49,353 nucleotides of DNA from an uncultured archaeon (GTDB lineage: Archaea > Nanobdellota > Nanobdellia > Woesearchaeales > CAIVOO01), in NCBI GenBank assembly GCA_903907555.1, contig CAIVOO010000080.1, positions 1 through 49,353 on the forward strand, given 5' to 3'. The notes under the pieces are model-generated. The model was not told where the DNA came from. It did no database searches and was given only the letters and a program-made list of their open reading frames with translations. Below are positions 43,801-49,353 of this stretch, one piece after another. Both the position numbers and the translations under genes were made by a program. Each line of letters begins with the position of its first letter. Within the stretch, counting starts at the first letter, position 1.

Positions 43801-43837
43801 GTGCCTGAACTGCGGAAACTCGCTTGGATGCAGCTAG
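40802..43837 (+). CDS. nrdJ: Class II (adenosylcobalamin-dependent) ribonucleotide reductase
   Basis: RASNPCSEFMFIDDSACNLAS active-site region, 1011 aa, C-terminal CNVCGH...CYRCLNCG ribbon. The GTG at 40811 (6 nt after GAGGTG) may be the real start. Confidence 0.9.
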   Translation: MEIVSETKSKTEHAGMNFPRKFTTEGKNPLEEVDYEKRDCAIIEPDGKIVFEMKGIDVPSTWSQLAADILISKYVRKAGVPGTGNEVSAKQVVFRIANTIRKFGEEQGYFKSTADAQAFEDEVLHLLINQKAAFNSPVWFNCGLFQQYGIKGSGGNFAFDFEKNKIIETDSSYERPQCSACFINSVGDDLMSIFGLVRTEAKLFKYGSGTGTNFSKLRGRNEKLSGGGKSSGLMSFLEVFDRAAGSIKSGGTTRRAAKMVCLDMDHPEIVDFINWKVKEEKKVKALIDAGYPSDFNGEAYKTVGGQNSNNSVRISDEFMNAVLSNGKWKTKARTGGEIMGEYDAKDLMRQICTAAWHCADPGVQFDTIINDWHTCSNTDKIRASNPCSEFMFIDDSACNLASINLLKFVDDDGNFQIDDFKHACKIVTTAQEIIVDAGSYPTESIAKNSHDFRPLGLGYANLGTMLMINGIPYESDKAFAIAGVITSVMTATAYKTSAELALVKGTFNGFQKNREPMLRVMNKHRDAAYKLDIRLCPKDLINAAREEWDEAIRLGEKHGYRNAQTTLLAPTGTIGLLMDCDTTGIEPDYAIVKWKKLAGGGYFKIVNQSIPRALQKLGYSDKQIEDIIFYILGHGTIESAPHINPDALNKLGYTDNEIVEAVKAVRKTKKIDENTPYVSTKALNQRGLTAEQIEQAKLFVEGAGTIEGAPHLKEEHVSVFDCASKCGKGKRFISPMGHVKMMAAVQPHLSGAISKTVNVPNESTVDDIEKIYFESWKMGLKSVALYRDGCKLSQPLNTSSSSLTENKEKKASAVLELPKGVLLRGQKLSMPQRRKGITIASEISGNKIFLRTGEYDDGKLGEIFIDMHKEGAAFRSMMNCFAIAVSVGLQYGVPLTKYVDAFTFTRFEPNGFTDHPNVRTCTSIIDFIFRVLGMEYLGRTDFVQVKPVTAKASFDEIPGEDLLTKQNANEIQTQLASMMGDAPICNVCGHVTVRNGACYRCLNCGNSLGCS

Positions 43838-43844
43838 AATTATT

Positions 43845-44540
43845 TTATTTTTTATAATTTATTTCTGATGTTGGAATGGGTTTGATTGTTCTAACATAGA
43901 AACTCTTTTTAACTGTTAAATATGGTGTGTAGTAAGCAATTCCTTTTTTCGAAACTGTTTTCTTAAAATGTTCGAAGGAACCGAACGGCGATTCTATATT
44001 GTCTCCTCCTTCAACAGGCCTGAAATGCGCACTTTCGAAATATCTAGATGATGCTTTAACAAATATCACTGTATTTTTGTAAATGTGCTTTTTCTTAGCC
44101 CACTGATTCATTTTAGTGACAAATTTAATTTCTGGCTTTGTTAAATGAGGTTTCGTCATAAGTATCTCTTCTGTAAAAATAAGTACTGTATTCACTAATG
44201 CGCCCCCTCTTAAATTTAGATAATAATCAATATTTTTCTTATTGTTCGGACCAAAATCAATGAAAGGATTGTTCAAATCTTTCTTACTTGTCGCAATAAC
44301 TACTGTTTGGTCTACAGGCTTGCCCCACCAGCGCATCATAATAAAACCTTTGTTATAAAGCTTTAAACAAATGTTGAAAAGTTTAAAAATATCCTTCTTA
44401 TTTTTCTCGAATGGGTCTTTTTTATGGTTCAAGCCGTTTTTTCTGATATCAGATATGTATTCTTCGGAAACAATTCTGCATAAAAACTTAGAATCAACAT
44501 GTTTTTTCCAGAATGTATAAAGAGATTTATTGTTCATCAC
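43845..44540 (-). CDS. Hypothetical protein, Lys/Asn-rich
   Basis: 231-aa ORF, visibly more AT-rich than its neighbours. No motif was recognised. Confidence 0.55.
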   Translation of the reverse strand: MMNNKSLYTFWKKHVDSKFLCRIVSEEYISDIRKNGLNHKKDPFEKNKKDIFKLFNICLKLYNKGFIMMRWWGKPVDQTVVIATSKKDLNNPFIDFGPNNKKNIDYYLNLRGGALVNTVLIFTEEILMTKPHLTKPEIKFVTKMNQWAKKKHIYKNTVIFVKASSRYFESAHFRPVEGGDNIESPFGSFEHFKKTVSKKGIAYYTPYLTVKKSFYVRTIKPIPTSEINYKK

Positions 44541-44598
44541 AAGAATATTCGAAAAAGAGTTTATTAAGCTTTTGATTAATTACTAAAAAACAAAAGAA

Positions 44599-45309
44599 TT
44601 AATCATCCTTCTCGAATAAATATTTGCTATGGTCTTCTTGAGCCTGCTTGACAAGTTTTGCGAATAGCTGCGGATTAGTAACCCTGTAATGAGTTGCTCC
44701 TGAAGACTTGTATTCAGGATTATCAAATCCTTCGAGCTGCCTAGTGAGCTCAGTAAGGCCGTTGCTAAATCTGATGGAAAAATCAACATTCGGAATGTTT
44801 ACTTTAGGCATTATCTGCATTACAGAATTGTGTATTGTGAGAATATTCTCATCAGATACTGAATAAAGTGCCAATGCCCTGCCTTTTTCAGGTCTCTCAA
44901 ACCTTCCTCCGAATTTTCCGTAGAATCCTGAGTTAGGAAATTTTGTTGCTGATCTGAAGAAGCTTGCATATGTTTCCAATACTTTATACAATGCAAACAA
45001 ATTCAGCGAAGGATTTTCAGAGAATGCCTCGACAACCACCTTGCTGTGTTCGTCCACTAATTGTCTTGGCACATATTGCCTGTTTTCTGACAATACTCTT
45101 TCCAGTTCTGCCACATTGAAAAGCGCCTTCTCTTTAGGAGTTCCTGCAGAGAAGAAGGTTACATAAGACCATCCTGAGCCGTTGTCTCCTAAAAGATGTA
45201 AGTTGTCTTCTTTCGGCTCGAATTTTTTCCCTTGTTCTTCTATAAGCTTGGCTAAATCGCTGTGTCTTTTGTTCCAATTTGTTATTAATTGTCTATTTTG
45301 TCCATTCAT
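44599..45309 (-). CDS. Hypothetical protein
   Basis: 236-aa ORF with no recognised motif. Confidence 0.6.
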   Translation of the reverse strand: MNGQNRQLITNWNKRHSDLAKLIEEQGKKFEPKEDNLHLLGDNGSGWSYVTFFSAGTPKEKALFNVAELERVLSENRQYVPRQLVDEHSKVVVEAFSENPSLNLFALYKVLETYASFFRSATKFPNSGFYGKFGGRFERPEKGRALALYSVSDENILTIHNSVMQIMPKVNIPNVDFSIRFSNGLTELTRQLEGFDNPEYKSSGATHYRVTNPQLFAKLVKQAQEDHSKYLFEKDD

Positions 45310-45376
45310 TGCAAGATTTTCGGAAAATACGCTTATATTTAATATTAACGTTTTTAGAATGCCGGAAAATTTCCGG

Positions 45377-46267
45377 TTATTGAATTTTTATCTTTGCTAT
45401 GAAGAATCCCTGGGTCTTTGTCTTGTGGGGCCAGAATCTCCTGCACTTTTTTATTTCAGGATTTAGTTTGCGTTTAAAATGAGTAAGCCCTTCATCTCCT
45501 ATAGGAAGCTTAATCTCTTCAAGTTTAATGTTGTGAAATTTGCCTAGCGCCCAATCAATTACATATTCATTCTCTTCAGGCTCGAGCGAGCAGGTTGAAT
45601 AAACTATTGTTGCTCCTTTATTTGCAGCATTTATGGCTGCTGCCAGCAGCTCTTTCTGAAGCTCTGCTCTTTCTTTTATGCCTTCCAGCGTTTTCTTTCC
45701 AAACCACTCTTTGTCGTCAACAAAGTTTCCTGAACATGGGGCATCAAGAAGTATCTTGTCAAATTTTAATTCATAATTTGAAATCTTTCTTGCATCGTCA
45801 ACATAAACAAGAACATTTTTCAGCCCCAGGCGCTCAATATTGTTTTTCAGGGAGCCGATTCTTGCAGGGTTTGTGTCAATGGCGATAATCCTGCCCTCAT
45901 TTTTCATGTACTGCGCTATATGGGTTGTCTTTCCTCCAGGCGCAGCAGCCATGTCAAGAACCAAATCGCTTTGTTTCGGAGCAAGCACCTGTGCAGGTAC
46001 CTGCGCAGCAGCCTCCTGTATGTAATAGTATCCTTGCAAATATTCTGATGATGCCCCTGGTGAGAATTTTGCTTTTTTTACCCAATATCCGAAATCAAGA
46101 TAAGGGATTTTTTCTATTTCTATGCCTTCTGCCTTAAGTTTTTTTATCAATTCATCATCAGAAATCTTTAGGTTGTTTATCCTGATGGCTTGAAGCTCTT
46201 TTGCAAATTCCAATCCTTCGAATTCATCTCCAAGAATTTCCTTGTACCTTTCTAGAAATTGATTCAT
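45377..46267 (-). CDS. NOL1/NOP2/Sun-family RNA cytosine-C5 methyltransferase
   Basis: DMAAAPGGKT, LLDAPCSG and VYSTCSLEPEENE motifs. Confidence 0.88.
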   Translation of the reverse strand: MNQFLERYKEILGDEFEGLEFAKELQAIRINNLKISDDELIKKLKAEGIEIEKIPYLDFGYWVKKAKFSPGASSEYLQGYYYIQEAAAQVPAQVLAPKQSDLVLDMAAAPGGKTTHIAQYMKNEGRIIAIDTNPARIGSLKNNIERLGLKNVLVYVDDARKISNYELKFDKILLDAPCSGNFVDDKEWFGKKTLEGIKERAELQKELLAAAINAANKGATIVYSTCSLEPEENEYVIDWALGKFHNIKLEEIKLPIGDEGLTHFKRKLNPEIKKCRRFWPHKTKTQGFFIAKIKIQ

Positions 46268-47370
46268 AGTTCTATAATTATTTCTCCAGTTTTTTCATCA
46301 ACAGACTTTATTACTTTGTGGTTCTTCAGTTTTTCCTTTATTTCCTTCCAGCTGTATTTTTCTCGGGCTTTCTTAAGCTCTGTCATTATCTCCTGAATGA
46401 GCTGATAATTCTCATAAATCGCATCGCCTTTCTTCTTGTTGTCTTCAATGTCTGTTTTTATTGTATCCAGCTGTTTCTTCTGCAAATCAATAATATTCTG
46501 TATCTTTGCTATCTCCTTGTCTTTCTTTGAAGATATGTCTGTTATTATCTTGGCCTCTCTCTTTTTTGTGAGCACAGAATCAAGAGCTGAATTGAAGCTG
46601 TCGAATGTTTTCTTTCCAGATTTTTCAAAAAAACCAAGCTTTATCGGAGCTATCTCGCCAGTTTCATACAATGCAGGATTGTTTTTTGCATCTCTCAGCT
46701 TTGTTAATGCGCTGAATACTGCTTTCTTCTCCTTGTCATTAAGCGAATTCGCCTTCTTTTTCTTGTCAATTTCGGCATTGAGGCAAACCTCTTCAGAATA
46801 AGTGCCTCCCAAGCTAAGATTTATTGCCAATGACTTTACAATTTCCTTGTCATCAAGCATTTCTTCGAAAGCTCCTTCTGTTAAATGCAGGAAGTCAAAT
46901 TTTGATTTTGGAAAGACATACTCTTTGCCGCGCTTCAGCTCCCTGTCTTTAGAGATTTGTGTAGAAAATAGTGTGATAATCCTGTAATTAGGGTCGCAAA
47001 TCACAATGTTGCCCTGCCCAAAAAGCTCTATAATCATTATCCTCTTCTCATCCTTGTGCTGGAATTTAAGCTCTACAATCCTTTCGAAACCATGCTGCTC
47101 TATAGATAAGAGTTTAGTATTGTCTATGTGCTTCCTCAATCCCATGCAAAACTGCGAAGGCTTCTCAGGATTATCTCCCTTTGATGAAGCCAGATAGAGA
47201 AATTTGCCTGCAACAATCCTAAGAATTTTCCTGCCCTCTCCTGATATGTGGAATTCAAGAGTTATCTCCCTATCTTCAGGATTGTATATCTTCTCGACCT
47301 TCCCTCCAACTACAGCCTGCAGTTCAGGAATAAGCCTGCTCAATTCAAAGGCAGTTATTTCTTCTTTCAT
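46264..47370 (-). CDS. NFACT-N (FbpA/Rqc2-like) protein, short form without a recognisable NFACT-R domain
   Basis: The N-terminus AFELSRLIPELQAVVGGKVEKIY...ITLEFH is typical of NFACT-N and is followed by a coiled coil. It ends at 368 aa, overlapping the next gene. Confidence 0.7.
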   Translation of the reverse strand: MKEEITAFELSRLIPELQAVVGGKVEKIYNPEDREITLEFHISGEGRKILRIVAGKFLYLASSKGDNPEKPSQFCMGLRKHIDNTKLLSIEQHGFERIVELKFQHKDEKRIMIIELFGQGNIVICDPNYRIITLFSTQISKDRELKRGKEYVFPKSKFDFLHLTEGAFEEMLDDKEIVKSLAINLSLGGTYSEEVCLNAEIDKKKKANSLNDKEKKAVFSALTKLRDAKNNPALYETGEIAPIKLGFFEKSGKKTFDSFNSALDSVLTKKREAKIITDISSKKDKEIAKIQNIIDLQKKQLDTIKTDIEDNKKKGDAIYENYQLIQEIMTELKKAREKYSWKEIKEKLKNHKVIKSVDEKTGEIIIEL

Positions 47371-47450
47371 AGAATAGCAAAAAGAAAGTCGGTTTATAAA
47401 TGTTTATTAGAATAATCATAGATTATTTGGTTGAATAAAGATCTGATTAT

Positions 47451-48197
47451 TTAAGGCCTAGCAACTGACCACATAAACTCAAAGTAATTCTTTAATGTAT
47501 TTACTATAAACTTGTTTTTAATAAATATAACAATAGGCTTCTCTTGTGCTAAACAATGAATTGAAATTTTATCCTCTGTTATTCCAAATGCAGTATTATA
47601 TGCTTCAACATTATCCAAATATCTTACTTTAAGCCCCTTTACTTTAGTAAACTCCTTCCCTCTTATCTTAGAATCCATTACACCTCTTCCATTCATGCCT
47701 CTTCTTTCAATCTCTTTTTCTATTCTTTTCATCTCCCATGAATGCAGAACCTCATAGCTCTTCCCTGTTCCTCCAAAAAAACAGAAATCCTTTGATTTTA
47801 AAACCTCTTCATACATAACCTTTAATCCAGATATTCCTTCATAAACTTCAACAAATTGCTCAACTTCCTTTAATTTTTCTATATTCTTCAATTCAGGAAT
47901 CAGATTCTGTATAAATTCAACTTGCTCATTAACAGGCCTTAGAAGATTATCTGGATTAGTTGCAGAAAAATACTTCTTCTTTTCTTTCATAATATAATTT
48001 ACTAATCCCTTTTCAGCTAATTTATTCAAAACCTGATAAGTTAATGTTCTGTCTAAGCCTACTTTCTTAGCCAATTCAGAGCCATTAATAGAGCCTCTTT
48101 TCAATAGTTCCAAGAATACCTTAGCTTCATTCCCTGCTAATCCTGCTTGCTTTAGCTTTTCTTCTGTTGTTGCCATACCTCTTGTAAAGATGAACAA
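47451..48197 (-). CDS. TrmB-family transcriptional regulator
   Basis: LKQAGLAGNEAKVFLELLKRGSINGSELAKKVGLDRTLTYQVLNKLAEKGLV. Confidence 0.85.
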   Translation of the reverse strand: MFIFTRGMATTEEKLKQAGLAGNEAKVFLELLKRGSINGSELAKKVGLDRTLTYQVLNKLAEKGLVNYIMKEKKKYFSATNPDNLLRPVNEQVEFIQNLIPELKNIEKLKEVEQFVEVYEGISGLKVMYEEVLKSKDFCFFGGTGKSYEVLHSWEMKRIEKEIERRGMNGRGVMDSKIRGKEFTKVKGLKVRYLDNVEAYNTAFGITEDKISIHCLAQEKPIVIFIKNKFIVNTLKNYFEFMWSVARP

Positions 48198-48206
48198 CTA
48201 TTTAAA

Positions 48207-48229
48207 TGTTGTTAGTTAAACTTACAACA
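48207..48229. promoter_or_regulatory. Inverted repeat in a divergent promoter (candidate TrmB operator)
   Basis: TGTTGTTAG-ttaaa-CTTACAACA has 8/9 complementary arms and lies next to a TATTTAAA TATA-like element. Confidence 0.4.
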
Positions 48230-48275
48230 CATCTTAATATATTTAGCATTATTATCACTAATAAGTGGGACAAAA

Positions 48276-49241
48276 ATGAAAACAGTATTCAAAGTAGTGG
48301 AACAGGATCAAACAAAAGATGGAGCATTTAAGACATATTATGATAATTGCCCTTCTAATGAATTAGAGATAACTTTAGATAAAAGCATTGAAAGCCCAGG
48401 TTTTCAATCTTTGATAATTGAAGAACTAATAGAACTAAAAGATGAATCACTTGGAGGGGAGATTGATAGGGCAGTTATAAGTTTATTGAGCCAAGCAATA
48501 CTTAAGTCGGGAACATACGTGTGGAGATTTAATCCAACCACAGAATTCAATTATCCTGTAGATAATGACGATACTGCAGTTGCACAAAAAGCCATAATTC
48601 TCTTAAGAAAATCCCCAATATTCTTCAATCCCGCAGGCCTAGATATACTTCTATATCATGAAAACAGCTGGTTAAAGGATATTAACAATCAAGCATTATG
48701 GCTAAGCGAAAATGAACAAGCCATACCAACATTTACAGAAAAAATAGGTAATTCAATAGACCCTGTTGTAAATGCAAATATACTTAATACATATATCCTA
48801 ATCGATGAAGAGAATGAAGAGCATAAACAAAAAATAAAAGAAGGAATAGCTAATTATCTAAAAGATTGCATAAGAAAAATAAACAAAGTTGAAATGTCTA
48901 AAATTTCAAAATATTATTTATACAATTCTTTTTTTGCATATCAGATTTCTAAGATACAAAAGGAAGAAGGATTATTTGAAAAAGAATCAATAGATACTCT
49001 TAAAGAAATTGTACATAAAACTCTGCCAAAAAATACATTAGATGCTGCTCTTTCAGTATTGACATTAAACAATCTCTATGACCAAGATGAAAGATTAAAT
49101 GCATATCTAAAAGAAAGGCAGGATAATTTTGCAAAACCCTATGCATTATTCAGGAGAATAAGAGGCAATGTTTATTTCGCATCCCCTGCATTAAACAGCT
49201 TGCTTTGTTACAAGGCATTTAATAACAGGGATAAAAAATGA
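48276..49241 (+). CDS. Hypothetical protein (321 aa)
   Basis: ORF divergent from the TrmB-like gene. No motif was recognised. Confidence 0.65.
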   Translation: MKTVFKVVEQDQTKDGAFKTYYDNCPSNELEITLDKSIESPGFQSLIIEELIELKDESLGGEIDRAVISLLSQAILKSGTYVWRFNPTTEFNYPVDNDDTAVAQKAIILLRKSPIFFNPAGLDILLYHENSWLKDINNQALWLSENEQAIPTFTEKIGNSIDPVVNANILNTYILIDEENEEHKQKIKEGIANYLKDCIRKINKVEMSKISKYYLYNSFFAYQISKIQKEEGLFEKESIDTLKEIVHKTLPKNTLDAALSVLTLNNLYDQDERLNAYLKERQDNFAKPYALFRRIRGNVYFASPALNSLLCYKAFNNRDKK

Positions 49242-49353
49242 CACAAAAAACAAAAAGTTTGGATAAGTTGATATTACTAGAAGACGTAGATCCTGAAGGT
49301 TATGAAAATTTAATGGAAAAAATAGAACCAATAGTGAAAAAAATAGGTTTTCA
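49238..49353 (+). CDS. Hypothetical protein, N-terminal fragment (runs off the window)
   Basis: ATGA overlap with the preceding stop. MTQKTKSLDKLILLEDVDPEGYENLMEKIEPIVKKIGF... is open to the window end. Confidence 0.5.
   Translation, partial: MTQKTKSLDKLILLEDVDPEGYENLMEKIEPIVKKIGF

Overview
This is an AT-rich, densely packed archaeal chromosome segment. Archaeal markers include Orc1/Cdc6, archaeal-type ribosomal protein uS2, Sec61-beta, NAC, TFS, RtcB with archease, and intron-containing tRNAs; the small genes and content look DPANN-like. The left ~4.2 kb is accessory. It holds a diversity-generating retroelement (DGR): a variable region (VR, 1-104) in a target gene cut by the window edge, a template region (TR, 457-560) and a DGR-type reverse transcriptase (588-1661). 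Next come a membrane-anchored coiled-coil protein and a tyrosine integrase that abuts tRNA-Ser(CGA) and tRNA-Glu(CUC). The rest is mostly housekeeping. It includes five tRNAs (three interrupted by introns, one at a non-canonical T-arm position), RtcB/archease, a pilin-like cluster and a full-length RelA/SpoT homolog. It also includes a dCMP deaminase-ThyX-Tmk cluster, a complete AmmeMemoRadiSam trio, an NrdR plus class II RNR operon, a MinD locus and two TrmB-type regulators. Features not explained by the ORF track are three tandem ~50-nt hairpin units at 12626-12790, a 15-nt duplication of the tRNA-Glu 3' end, several Shine-Dalgarno (SD)-led micro-ORFs (including Sec61-beta) and inverted-repeat operator candidates. 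All calls rest on reading the sequence and translations by eye. No database searches were run, so family assignments come from recognised motifs only.
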